Source: Candidatus Levybacteria bacterium RIFCSPHIGHO2_01_FULL_36_15b (GTDB taxonomy: Bacteria; Patescibacteriota; Microgenomatia; Levybacterales; UBA12049). Taken from it: 64,000 nt of DNA. The position numbers and the translations under genes were made by a program. The stretch covers positions 7,516-71,515 of the forward strand of contig MFNK01000009.1 in assembly GCA_001782045.1 (NCBI GenBank), given 5' to 3'. The notes beneath the pieces were generated by a model. The model saw only the letters and a program-made list of their open reading frames with translations. It ran no database searches and was not told where the DNA came from. Of the stretch, positions 1-9,430 are shown piece after piece (position 1 is the first letter of the stretch; every line of letters begins with the position of its first letter).

Positions 1-1
1 A

Positions 2-1480
2 CGTCAGTTAATAATAATAGTTGTGATTTTTTCAATATTTTCTTATCTACTCGTACCATTTGGTTTTGTAAAAAATGAGTTTTTCCCAAAATCCAACGGA
101 GACACACTTTCCGTCTCGGTCGAACTTCCTTCGGGAACAAACCTTAAGACATCTACTCAAGAATCCTTAAAAATTCTTAAAACTCTTGTAAAAACACCGG
201 AAACAGACCATGTAGTCCTAAACATAGGAGCAGGTTATAATCCTTTTGGTGGCGGAGTGTCAACGGAAAACATTTTCAATTACACGCTTATTTTTGACGA
301 AAATAAAAAACTAACCTCAGGAGAAATTGCAGATTATCTTCGAGCTGAATTTAAAAATTATAACAAAGGTAAGTTATCCGTAAATGAGGAAACCGGGGGA
401 CCGCCAGCAGGATCTGACATTCAAATCAAAATTTTTGGACCCGATCTTTCAACGCTTGATGCGTATGCCAATAAAGCTATCTCTTTTCTTAATAAAGAAC
501 CGAGTGCAACAAACGTTTCAAAATCAATAAAAGCAGGAACAAGCAAAATTGTTTTTGAGCCTGATGAACAAAGACTCGCAAGTTATTCACTTACACCCGA
601 TGCGGCAGGATTCTGGCTTAGGCTTTTTGCAACTGGAGTCAAGATAGATAGCATAAAACTTGATAAAGATACCAATACTTCTGAAGATATAACACTTAGA
701 ATGGGAAGAAAAATTCCAACTGCAGATGAAATTTCAGGAATAAGTATTCCAACCCAAACAGGAGTTGTTCCGATAACATCTTTAGGGTTTTTAAGACTTG
801 AGCCAAATCCGACATTGATTACAAGAGAAGACGGCAAGCGCACAATATCAGTAACTGCAGGGGTAAAAAGCGGGTATACAATTCCACAGGTTAATTCAAA
901 ACTTGAAGCTTACGCAAATGACGAACTTGATCTCCCGCTAGGTTATAGCTGGAAAACAGGAGGCGTAAATGAACAAAATCAAGAATCGGTAGGAGATATT
1001 TATAAGGCGATGATAATTTCTATACTTTTGATTGTTATTACTATGGTTTTGCAGTTTAGTTCTTTCAGACGCGCAATAATAGTTATTCTTGTAATTCCAT
1101 TGGCCGTTTCCGGAGTATTTGTAATTTTTGCACTTACTCAAACAGCACTTACTTTCCCGGCTTTGGTTGGGGTTTTGGCACTTTTTGGAATTGTTGTTAA
1201 GAATTCTATTCTTATTATGGATAGAATTGTAGCTAATATTAAAACAGGAATGGAATTTAGACGATCTATTGCAGATGCCGCATCATCCAGACTTGAGCCC
1301 ATAGCGCTTACATCAATTTGTGCAATAGTAGGCTTAATTCCAATAACGATTTCTGATCCTTTATGGAGGGGACTTGGTGGGGCAATAATTGCAGGGCTCA
1401 CCTTCAGCGGAACTATAATGCTTTTCTTTATCCCGGTAGTTTATTATATTGTTTTTAATCCAAAAAAGTCCAAAAAATAA
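2..1480 (+). CDS. AcrB/AcrD/AcrF-family RND efflux permease, C-terminal part (runs off the window start)
   Basis: C-terminal TM motifs GVLALFGIVVKNSILIMD and SRLEPIALTS...GLIP; frame is open to the window edge. Confidence 0.9.
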   Translation, partial: RQLIIIVVIFSIFSYLLVPFGFVKNEFFPKSNGDTLSVSVELPSGTNLKTSTQESLKILKTLVKTPETDHVVLNIGAGYNPFGGGVSTENIFNYTLIFDENKKLTSGEIADYLRAEFKNYNKGKLSVNEETGGPPAGSDIQIKIFGPDLSTLDAYANKAISFLNKEPSATNVSKSIKAGTSKIVFEPDEQRLASYSLTPDAAGFWLRLFATGVKIDSIKLDKDTNTSEDITLRMGRKIPTADEISGISIPTQTGVVPITSLGFLRLEPNPTLITREDGKRTISVTAGVKSGYTIPQVNSKLEAYANDELDLPLGYSWKTGGVNEQNQESVGDIYKAMIISILLIVITMVLQFSSFRRAIIVILVIPLAVSGVFVIFALTQTALTFPALVGVLALFGIVVKNSILIMDRIVANIKTGMEFRRSIADAASSRLEPIALTSICAIVGLIPITISDPLWRGLGGAIIAGLTFSGTIMLFFIPVVYYIVFNPKKSKK

Positions 1481-1527
1481 AGTATTTTTACTTCCGAGAG
1501 TTTAATTTTATAGTGTATACTTTGTTT

Positions 1528-1878
1528 GTGGATAACAAAAGTTTTGAAAAACTTGTAGAAGAAGCACTTGATTCACTCCCTAAAGAATTTGCTGAAAAAT
1601 TAAAAAACGTAGCAGTTGTAATAGAAGATTTTCCTACTCATCAAAAACTTCAACAGTTAGGTTTACCGCCTTGGGGACTTTTATTTGGTCTTTACGAAGG
1701 TGTTCCCCAAACTAAAAGGGGAATTTATTATTCTTCTCCTCCTGATAAAATAACAATTTTTAAAAATTCAATTGAGAAAGTAGCGCAAACAAAAGAACAA
1801 ATAAAGGCACAGGTAAAATCAACTGTAATTCACGAAATAGGTCATCACTTCGGCCTTTCGGATAAAGAATTGCAATAG
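1528..1878 (+). CDS. Zincin-like metallopeptidase (minimal HExxH family)
   Basis: LFGLYEGVP...PDKITIF...TVIHEIGHHFG; GTG start at 1528 chosen because it lies 6 nt after TATACT (ORF track starts at 1513). Confidence 0.8.
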   Translation: MDNKSFEKLVEEALDSLPKEFAEKLKNVAVVIEDFPTHQKLQQLGLPPWGLLFGLYEGVPQTKRGIYYSSPPDKITIFKNSIEKVAQTKEQIKAQVKSTVIHEIGHHFGLSDKELQ

Positions 1879-1893
1879 AAGCTCTAAAATTAC

Positions 1894-2517
1894 TTACTCA
1901 GAGGGGCAATTTAGCTGCTGTAAGCAACTAGCTTTGTCATCTCCTGATAAATAGTTACATGTACTGCAGCTTGCTCCGGCTCCTGATTTTGGTAAAGTAA
2001 AACTTGATAGGTCTGTGAATTTAATATTTGAAGGAGGAGTAAATTTGCTAGCATCAACAAGCCAGGGCGTACACTTGTAATCTACTTTTTGGTCTGAATT
2101 GAAATATTGAACAAACTGTTGATTTGTCTTTAAATCTTCTTCCTTTAAGGTCATTTTGAAACCAGCTTCCAAATCTGTTCCCCACATATAATTAGTGTCC
2201 CCATCTCTTATTAAATAGAACACAGAAGTTTTTCCCTCATTTTTGGATGTTATATCACCTCTCATTTTTTTGCCGGAGAAATAAAATGTCCCGGTTGATG
2301 AACTATCGGAAGTCATATAAGAAAAATCACATTTTTGATTCGTGCCTTTTGAAAGAATCCCCCAAATATCGGTAGTTGATTTTTCATTTTGTACTGTAGT
2401 CGGGGTAATATTTGTAGCTGTTTGATTTGCTTGCTTGTTCTGTCCCAAAACCAAAAAGCCGCCGATCCCAAGAAGCAAAACTAAAACTACGATGGCACCG
2501 ACAACCTTAGTATTCAT
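1894..2517 (-). CDS. Hypothetical membrane-anchored/secreted protein
   Basis: N-terminal hydrophobic helix, Cys-containing C-terminus, 207-aa ORF. Confidence 0.75.
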   Translation of the reverse strand: MNTKVVGAIVVLVLLLGIGGFLVLGQNKQANQTATNITPTTVQNEKSTTDIWGILSKGTNQKCDFSYMTSDSSSTGTFYFSGKKMRGDITSKNEGKTSVFYLIRDGDTNYMWGTDLEAGFKMTLKEEDLKTNQQFVQYFNSDQKVDYKCTPWLVDASKFTPPSNIKFTDLSSFTLPKSGAGASCSTCNYLSGDDKASCLQQLNCPSE

Positions 2518-2605
2518 AGGCTGATTTTATACCTGGTTTTGCAAGAAGTCAATCATTGTTTACAAAGACTTGACAAATGGCCTACGGATGCGCTCATAAT
2601 AGAGT

Positions 2606-2761
2606 ATGGCAAAGAAAAACAAACCCAAGTATAAGCATTTTCAGCTTCATGGAAAGCACACAAACCAGGAAGTTCTTGTTTATATTGTTGTAGTTTTAAC
2701 TATTTCGTTTATGGTAGGAATTGTTTTGAAAATGCAGTTTCTTACTTTTGCAGCCCGCTAG
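2606..2761 (+). CDS. Small single-TM protein, 51 aa (MAKKNKPKYKHF...TFAAR)
   Basis: Read by hand; basic N-terminus plus hydrophobic helix; CATAAT 5 nt upstream; stop overlaps the metG stop. Confidence 0.55.
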   Translation: MAKKNKPKYKHFQLHGKHTNQEVLVYIVVVLTISFMVGIVLKMQFLTFAAR

Positions 2762-4206
2762 ATTCTTGGAAATAGAGCATCACCCGATTTAATTTCCGCT
2801 TTAGAAAATTGTTTTTGTATTTTATCGGAGGTTTCCGGCAAGAAAGGAGACAAAAGTGCTGCAATTTCATATATTTGATCAACAGAGTGTGCAAGAAGAG
2901 AATTTAAATCCTTGCCCTTATGATTCGAGGAAACTTTTAGAAGCTCCCATGGTTTCTCATCGTTTATAAATTTGTCGAGCTTTGAGATTTTATTCCAAAT
3001 TAAAGCAAGAGCCTCGTTAAATCTAAATTCTTCAAGTAATTTTTTATAGTCACCGTAAATATCAATCAAATGAATTGCACGAGGAGATGCAAATTGTTTA
3101 AATGCTGCATTTTCACATAACTTACTTACTCTTGATACTAAATTTCCAAGTCCATTTGCAAGGTCACTGTTATAAACCTTTTCAAGTTTTTCAACAGAAA
3201 AATCACCGTCCGAAAAAGGTGAATTTTCGGAAAGCAGATAGTATCTCAAAGAATCCACACCATATTTATTTATTATTTCAATTGGATCAATAACATTTCC
3301 TATTGTTTTTGACATTTTTTGACCATTTACCGTAAAGTAACCATGAACAAATAGGGCATTAGGAAGTGCAAGTCCTGCAGACAATAAGAATGCAGGCCAG
3401 TAAATAGCATGGAATCTAATTATTCCTTTTCCTATAACGTGTAAATCCGCAGGCCACCATTTCTTATATTCTTGCTCGTTTGAATTAAAACCTATTCCTG
3501 ATTGATAAATATTGAGTGCATCAAACCAAACGTACATACGCTGATTATCATCGTCTGGTACCGGAACTCCCCAGTTTTTAGCACGTTTGTTGCTTCTTGA
3601 AATACTAATGTCTTTTAAACCTTCTTTTAAAAAACCCAAAACTTCGTTTTTTCTATATTGGGGATATATTTTAAGCTTGTCGGAATCTATTAGGTCTTTA
3701 ATTTGTTTTTCGTACTTTGAAAGTTTAAAAAAATAGTTTGTTTCGCTTACTTCTTCCAATGGTTTCCCAGGGTGCTCGAAGCACTGTCCGTTTTCATCAA
3801 GTTCTGATTTTTCATAAAAAAGTTCACACCCGACACAATAAAGCCCGGTATATTCCTTTTTATAAATATCATGCTGGCATAATTCCCAAAGTTTCTGCGA
3901 TGCCTGGTGATGCACCCTAGAGCTTCCTCTTTGAAATACATCAAATTCAATATTTAATGCTTTTGCTAAATCTTCAAACTCTTTTGAGTGAGTATCTAAA
4001 AATTTCTGAACCTCTACGCCTTCTTTTTCAGCTGCCTGAACATTTTTAATTGCATTTTCATCCGCACCCGATAAAAGTAAAACTTCTTCTCCTAAGCTTT
4101 TTCTAAATCTTTTTATCACATCCGCCTGCACAAATTCCAAAGCATGGCCTACATGAGGCTTTGCATTCACGTACGGAATAGCTGTAGTTAAATAATATTT
4201 GTTCAT
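2758..4206 (-). CDS. metG: Methionine--tRNA ligase (short monomeric form)
   Basis: YLTTAIPYVNAKPHVGH, YVWFDAL and KMSKT motifs. Confidence 0.97.
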   Translation of the reverse strand: MNKYYLTTAIPYVNAKPHVGHALEFVQADVIKRFRKSLGEEVLLLSGADENAIKNVQAAEKEGVEVQKFLDTHSKEFEDLAKALNIEFDVFQRGSSRVHHQASQKLWELCQHDIYKKEYTGLYCVGCELFYEKSELDENGQCFEHPGKPLEEVSETNYFFKLSKYEKQIKDLIDSDKLKIYPQYRKNEVLGFLKEGLKDISISRSNKRAKNWGVPVPDDDNQRMYVWFDALNIYQSGIGFNSNEQEYKKWWPADLHVIGKGIIRFHAIYWPAFLLSAGLALPNALFVHGYFTVNGQKMSKTIGNVIDPIEIINKYGVDSLRYYLLSENSPFSDGDFSVEKLEKVYNSDLANGLGNLVSRVSKLCENAAFKQFASPRAIHLIDIYGDYKKLLEEFRFNEALALIWNKISKLDKFINDEKPWELLKVSSNHKGKDLNSLLAHSVDQIYEIAALLSPFLPETSDKIQKQFSKAEIKSGDALFPRI

Positions 4207-4220
4207 AGCTTCAGATTATA

Positions 4221-4562
4221 TCAGAGTTTCTTCTTTTCTCTAAACAAAATCTCAAGTCCCACAAAGAAAATTATAATCAGAAGAGGAAAAAGAGCCTGAT
4301 TTAATTTATAAAATCTAAGCAAAAGAAAAATTAAAATAGCAAGGCTGATAAAAGCACCTCTTCTTTTATTTGCTAAAGTAAACCAGGATATAGACCAAGT
4401 AAAAATAAAAAATGCTAATGCTGCAATTGGAAGAATAGGGATTTCAATAGAATATAAAGGTAAACTAAATTTTGGGGGAAAGAAAAAAACGAGATACAAA
4501 AGTGCTGCAAAAGAAAAAAACGAGATAAGAAGAAGATACAAAAGTGATTTTCTTTTACGCAT
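4221..4562 (-). CDS. Hypothetical multi-TM membrane protein
   Basis: 113 aa with about four hydrophobic segments. Confidence 0.7.
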   Translation of the reverse strand: MRKRKSLLYLLLISFFSFAALLYLVFFFPPKFSLPLYSIEIPILPIAALAFFIFTWSISWFTLANKRRGAFISLAILIFLLLRFYKLNQALFPLLIIIFFVGLEILFREKKKL

Positions 4563-4597
4563 ATATAAAGTTTAGCACAAGGTGATATAATGCAGCC

Positions 4598-4765
4598 ATG
4601 AATTTAGAATCGGAATTCAGTATCTCTAAGTCAAACAGAAGACGCGTTCAGGAAAAAGTAGAAAATCCTCAACACCCGTTTAAAATAATAGTACACGAAA
4701 GAACAAGAAAAAAGCTTGAAAAACGCGCCCACATCCTAGAAAGAAAAGCAGTAAAAAGAAAGTAA
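4598..4765 (+). CDS. Small basic hypothetical protein, 55 aa
   Basis: Read by hand (MNLESEFSISKSNRRR...KAVKRK); TATAAT at 4586-4591, 6 nt before the ATG. Confidence 0.5.
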   Translation: MNLESEFSISKSNRRRVQEKVENPQHPFKIIVHERTRKKLEKRAHILERKAVKRK

Positions 4766-4804
4766 CCTAATAAATTTGCAATTTACTGCTATAATAGTCC
4801 GATT

Positions 4805-5134
4805 ATGAGCGAAAGGTTCAAAAAACCATTGCCTGAACATGCAGGATTGCGCAGTAAAATAGTTGGAACTCTTCAGAAAGTGGATCAAGCAAAGTCAAAG
4901 ATTTGGCAGACAGACGCTGCTTATAATTATTTGCCTACAAGTTCACAGCAAATTGTAGACGATATGGTTGAAGGAACTACTGATGGAATTAAGGCAGCAA
5001 ACGACATGGAATGGGTTTTGGCAGCAAACGAAGAGGGACTGGATCCAGACACAATTGTTAGAATGTGGGAAAGAATTGAACAAAAACCTGTTAAAGAACT
5101 CTCTACAGATTTATACTCTTCAAGAATTCATTAA
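4805..5134 (+). CDS. Hypothetical protein
   Basis: 109-aa ORF with TATAAT just upstream. Confidence 0.65.
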   Translation: MSERFKKPLPEHAGLRSKIVGTLQKVDQAKSKIWQTDAAYNYLPTSSQQIVDDMVEGTTDGIKAANDMEWVLAANEEGLDPDTIVRMWERIEQKPVKELSTDLYSSRIH

Positions 5135-5143
5135 ATAACCTTC

Positions 5144-5202
5144 TGAACCATTCGACTAAGAACTCTTGATCCATTCGACTCACTTCTTTCGCTCAGGATC
5201 AA
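5144..5202. repeat. REP-like palindromic element (TTGATCC-ATTCGACT...GCTCA-GGATCAA) plus an upstream partial copy
   Basis: IR 5166-5172/5196-5202; CCATTCGACT occurs twice; related copy at 32022-32050. Confidence 0.6.
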
Positions 5203-5226
5203 TACCTAATTCTTTGAAAATAGGTA

Positions 5227-5263
5227 TTGACAACTATTAGCAGTTATGATATGTTACTGCTAA
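5227..5263 (+). promoter_or_regulatory. Sigma-70 promoter overlapped by a CIRCE-like HrcA operator
   Basis: TTGACA(5227-32)-17-TATGTT; TTAGCAGTT-N9-TACTGCTAA at 5237-5263 resembles CIRCE TTAGCACTC-N9-GAGTGCTAA, directly upstream of hrcA. Confidence 0.85.
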
Positions 5264-5339
5264 CCTCGATACATCGCAATTAGGCAGAACAATTTACTCT
5301 GCAAGCGAGTATCTGGGCCGAGCTTATTTGAAAATTTAT

Positions 5340-6071
5340 ATGCATGATTTAACAGCAAGGCAGGTTGAGATCTTAAAAAGCTTAATAGAGGAATACATAG
5401 AAACAGCAGAGCCAGTTGGTTCTGAGACTTTGGAGAAAAAGCATAATTTAAGCGCATCTCCGGCAACAATAAGAAATGAAATGGTGCGCTTGACAGAGTT
5501 GGGATATTTAAAAAAACCGCATATTTCGGCAGGAAGAATTCCAACTCCGGAAGGAATGAAGTTCTATGTAAAGCAGCTGATGAAGGAAAAAGAACTTTCA
5601 GTTGCAGAAGAAGTTTCATTAAAAGAAAAAGTATGGGATTTAAGAGAAAAGGAAAAAGATTTTTTAAGAGAGCTTACTAAAGCTTTAGCGGAAAGAACTA
5701 ATGCATTGGCTGTTACAACGACAAACGACGGAGATTTATTTTGTGCAGGATATGCAAATTTATTAGATTCACCGGAGTTTTTCGATATTGATGTAACTAA
5801 AAATTTACTTTCTGCAATTGATGAAATAAATTATTTTCAAGGTTTGTTTGAAGGACAAGAGGACGATGACGATACACATATATTACTTGGAGAAGAACTT
5901 GGTCCTAAATTAAACGGACCGTACGGTTTTGTTTACAGAAAGTATACAACTCCGGCAAGATTAAAAGGAGAAGTTGGAGTATTAGGTCCGGCGAGGCTAA
6001 ATTACAATCTTGTTGTCCCAACGGTTAGATATTTCGGAAATTTAATAGAGGAAATAGCAAAAGGCTGGTAA
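5340..6071 (+). CDS. hrcA: Heat-inducible transcription repressor HrcA (short form)
   Basis: EYIETAEPVGS, SPATIRNEM, PHISAGRIPT and GVLGPARLNY motifs; precedes grpE-dnaK. Confidence 0.95.
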   Translation: MHDLTARQVEILKSLIEEYIETAEPVGSETLEKKHNLSASPATIRNEMVRLTELGYLKKPHISAGRIPTPEGMKFYVKQLMKEKELSVAEEVSLKEKVWDLREKEKDFLRELTKALAERTNALAVTTTNDGDLFCAGYANLLDSPEFFDIDVTKNLLSAIDEINYFQGLFEGQEDDDDTHILLGEELGPKLNGPYGFVYRKYTTPARLKGEVGVLGPARLNYNLVVPTVRYFGNLIEEIAKGW

Positions 6072-6512
6072 ATGTTCGCAATGAAAAAAAAACATGAAGA
6101 TAAAAATGAAAATCATAGACAGAACCTTGAAAACCAACTAAAAAGAGCGGTAGCGGACTATCAGAATCTTGAAAAAAGGATAGCTATGGAAAAGGCGGAT
6201 TGGATAAGGCTATCTAACAAAGATTTACTTTTAAGACTGCTGCCTGGTCTTGACAGTTTAATTTTGGCACAAAAACATACTCAAGATGAAGGAGTAAAAA
6301 TTGCCATAAAGCATTTTTTAGAAATTCTTGAGCAAGAGGGAGTCAAAAAAATAGAAACAGAAGGAAAGGATTTTGACCCTAATCTGATGGAAGTAGTAGC
6401 AACGCGAGAAGGAGATGCAGGAAAAGTGCTAGAAGAAACAAGAACGGGATATGCGCTGGGTGATAAAGTATTAAGACCCGCTCAAGTAATAGTTGGGGGG
6501 CAAGAAAATTAA
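6072..6512 (+). CDS. grpE: Nucleotide exchange factor GrpE
   Basis: [22 protein letters not shown]...VLRPAQVIV. Confidence 0.95.
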   Translation: MFAMKKKHEDKNENHRQNLENQLKRAVADYQNLEKRIAMEKADWIRLSNKDLLLRLLPGLDSLILAQKHTQDEGVKIAIKHFLEILEQEGVKKIETEGKDFDPNLMEVVATREGDAGKVLEETRTGYALGDKVLRPAQVIVGGQEN

Positions 6513-6514
6513 AT

Positions 6515-8422
6515 ATGGGAAAAATAATAGGAATTGATTTAGGTACAACGAATTCGGCTGTAGCCGTAATGGAAGGCGGAAGTCCGAAAATTATACATTC
6601 TGCAGAAGGAAGGAATGTTATTCCCTCTGTGGTTGACCCTGTATCTCATATAGTGGGCGATGTCGCAAAAAGACAGATGGTTTTAAAACCCAAGACCACA
6701 ATTTTTTCGATAAAAAGATTAATGGGAAAGAAATTTACCGACGAGTCAGTGCAATTTGATATGAAGTGGCTTCCATATACGATAAAAAGCGGCCGAGACG
6801 GGATGGCAGTAGTTGAGGTAGAAGGAAGAACTTTCACACCTCAGGAAATTTCTGCGAAAATTTTGCAAAAGATTAAAGCCGATGCTGAAGCCTATCTAGG
6901 AAGCAAGGTATCGCAAGCAGTTATAACGGTACCTGCATATTTTGACGATAGTCAGAGACAGGCAACAAAACAAGCAGGAGAAATAGCAGGACTTGAAGTA
7001 CTTAGGATCATAAATGAACCCACTGCAGCTTCACTAGCTTATGGATTGGACAAGAAAAATGCTCATACAATTGCAGTCTACGATTTAGGCGGAGGGACTT
7101 TTGACATTTCTATTCTTGAACTTGGAGAAGGAGTTTACGAAGTAAAATCTACGAATGGCGATACTCATTTAGGAGGAGACGATTTTGATCAGGTAATTGT
7201 AGATTACCTTGCTGAGGAATTTAAAAAAGAAAACGGAGTTGATTTAAAAAAAGACCCGCAAGCACTGCAAAGATTAAGAGAATCTGCAGAAAAAGCAAAA
7301 ATTGAGCTTTCAAGTTCAGCTGAAGCACAAATTAATCAGCCATTTATAACACAAGGAAGTGCCGGACCGCTTCATTTAACAGTTACATTAACAAGAGCAA
7401 AGCTAGAGCAGATAGTTGATCCGCTTATTCAAAAATCCATAAAGCCTGTTGAGCTTGCCTTAAAAGATGCCAAAGTTAAGGTAACAGACATAGATGAAAT
7501 AGTTTTAGTGGGTGGAATGACTAGAATGCCAAAAGTAGTTGAAGCTGTAACTAAGTTTTTCGGAAAAGAGCCAAACAAAAGTGTCAATCCCGATGAAGTT
7601 GTAGCTGTAGGAGCCGCAGTACAGGCAGGAGTTTTAGGTGGAGAGGTAAAAGACGTGTTGCTTTTAGACGTTACGCCTCTTACCCTTGGAATCGAAACTT
7701 TGGGAGCCGTATCAACACCATTAATCGAGCGAAATACAACAATACCTTCTTCTAAATCTCAAGTTTTCTCGACTGCGGCAGACAATCAAACCCAAGTTGA
7801 AATAAATGTTTTACAGGGAGAGCGTCCAATGGCAGCAGATAATAAATCATTAGGAAGATTTATATTAGATGGAATTCCGCCATCTCCTAGAGGAGTTCCT
7901 CAAATAGAAGTTACATTTGATATTGATGCGAATGGAATATTACATGTTAAAGCACAGGATAAGGCTACTGGAAAAGAACAAAGTATTAAAATAGAAGGTT
8001 CAACCGGCCTAACTAAAGAAGAAGTTGAAAAAATGACCAAAGAGGCCGAAGCTCATGCGACAGAGGATGCAGAAAAAAAATCAAAAGTTGAGGCAAGAAA
8101 TCAGGCAGACTCTTTGATATTTACAGCCGAAAAAACACTAAAAGACGCAGGAGACAAAGTTGCAGAAGATAGCAAAAAAGAAATAGAAGAAAAAATTGCA
8201 GCCTTAAAGGGAATATTAGATAGCGGATCGAAGGAGGATTTGGAGATTAAATCAAAAGAACTTTCAGACGCTTTGCAAAAAGTTGGAGAAGCTATGTATA
8301 AAAAGCAAGAAGATCAAGCACAACAGCCTCAAGCAGAAGAGACTCAAGGTGAACCAGGTGCGGAAGAACAGCCTCAAAAAGACAAAAAGGACGAGCCGGT
8401 AGAGGGTGAAGTTGTTAACTAA
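6515..8422 (+). CDS. dnaK: Chaperone DnaK
   Basis: [23 protein letters not shown]. Confidence 0.99.
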   Translation: MGKIIGIDLGTTNSAVAVMEGGSPKIIHSAEGRNVIPSVVDPVSHIVGDVAKRQMVLKPKTTIFSIKRLMGKKFTDESVQFDMKWLPYTIKSGRDGMAVVEVEGRTFTPQEISAKILQKIKADAEAYLGSKVSQAVITVPAYFDDSQRQATKQAGEIAGLEVLRIINEPTAASLAYGLDKKNAHTIAVYDLGGGTFDISILELGEGVYEVKSTNGDTHLGGDDFDQVIVDYLAEEFKKENGVDLKKDPQALQRLRESAEKAKIELSSSAEAQINQPFITQGSAGPLHLTVTLTRAKLEQIVDPLIQKSIKPVELALKDAKVKVTDIDEIVLVGGMTRMPKVVEAVTKFFGKEPNKSVNPDEVVAVGAAVQAGVLGGEVKDVLLLDVTPLTLGIETLGAVSTPLIERNTTIPSSKSQVFSTAADNQTQVEINVLQGERPMAADNKSLGRFILDGIPPSPRGVPQIEVTFDIDANGILHVKAQDKATGKEQSIKIEGSTGLTKEEVEKMTKEAEAHATEDAEKKSKVEARNQADSLIFTAEKTLKDAGDKVAEDSKKEIEEKIAALKGILDSGSKEDLEIKSKELSDALQKVGEAMYKKQEDQAQQPQAEETQGEPGAEEQPQKDKKDEPVEGEVVN

Positions 8423-8446
8423 TTTTAAAGGAAAATATTTAAAAAC

Positions 8447-8467
8447 AAGCGCGGATAACGCGCTTTT
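8447..8467 (+). terminator. Hairpin after dnaK (probable weak intrinsic terminator)
   Basis: AAGCGCG-GATAA-CGCGCTT followed by TT. Confidence 0.5.
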
Positions 8468-8486
8468 ATAATATAATAGAGAAATT

Positions 8487-9371
8487 ATGGCAGCAAAAGA
8501 TTACTATTCAATTCTAGGAATTTCTAAAAATGCCACAGAAACTGAAATAAAAAAAGCTTATAGAAAGCTTGCGTTAGAATATCATCCGGATAGAAATAAA
8601 AGCAAAGAAGCCGAGGGTAAGTTTAAGGAGATAACAAAAGCGTACGAAGTTTTGTCCGACTCTCAAAAAAGAAAAACCTACGACCAGTTTGGAGAGGCAG
8701 CTTTTGAGCAAGGAGGACCAGGAGCAGGGGGTCCGTTTGGTGGGTTCGGTGGATTTTCGGGGCAACAGGGTCCATTCACTTATACATATACAACATCAGG
8801 GGATGGAGCCGGTTTTGATTTCGGAGGTTTTTCCGACCCTTTTGAAATTTTTGAACAATTTTTCGGAGGGGCAAATCCTTTCGGGCAAAGAGCGCAACAG
8901 AGACCCGTATACTCGCTCAATATTTCCTTTATGGAAGCAGTAAAGGGAACGACAAAAAGAGTAAATATGGGGGGAAGAACTCAAACCATAAAAATTCCCG
9001 CAGGTGTTGACACCGGATCAAGAATTAGATTTGGAGACTCAGATATAATTATGGAGGTTGAGCCGCACTCCAAATTTAAAAGGCAGGGATACGATGTAGT
9101 TTCGGAAGAAGATCTTTCTTTTCCTAAAGCTGCTTTGGGAACAAATTTAGATGTAGAAACTATAGAAGGAAATGTAAAAATTAAAATTCCTGCCGGCACA
9201 CAACCGGATACGCTTATTAGGCTTCGAGGAAAAGGCGTTTCACATCTTGCAGGAAGCGGAAAAGGCGATCATTATGTAAGAATCAGGATCCTAATTCCCA
9301 AAAATTTAACCTCCAAACAGAAAGAATTACTTAAAGAATTCGATGGCGAGAAAAAATCAGGCTGGTTTTAA
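8487..9371 (+). CDS. dnaJ: DnaJ-class chaperone without the Zn-finger (class B/CbpA-like)
   Basis: J domain with HPD, G/F-rich linker, C-terminal domain; no CxxCxGxG repeats. Confidence 0.9.
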   Translation: MAAKDYYSILGISKNATETEIKKAYRKLALEYHPDRNKSKEAEGKFKEITKAYEVLSDSQKRKTYDQFGEAAFEQGGPGAGGPFGGFGGFSGQQGPFTYTYTTSGDGAGFDFGGFSDPFEIFEQFFGGANPFGQRAQQRPVYSLNISFMEAVKGTTKRVNMGGRTQTIKIPAGVDTGSRIRFGDSDIIMEVEPHSKFKRQGYDVVSEEDLSFPKAALGTNLDVETIEGNVKIKIPAGTQPDTLIRLRGKGVSHLAGSGKGDHYVRIRILIPKNLTSKQKELLKEFDGEKKSGWF

Positions 9372-9430
9372 ATCCCTCAAATCGTCCTATAGTTGAAAAA
9401 ACACCATGAAAATGCTAATATTTACGTCTC

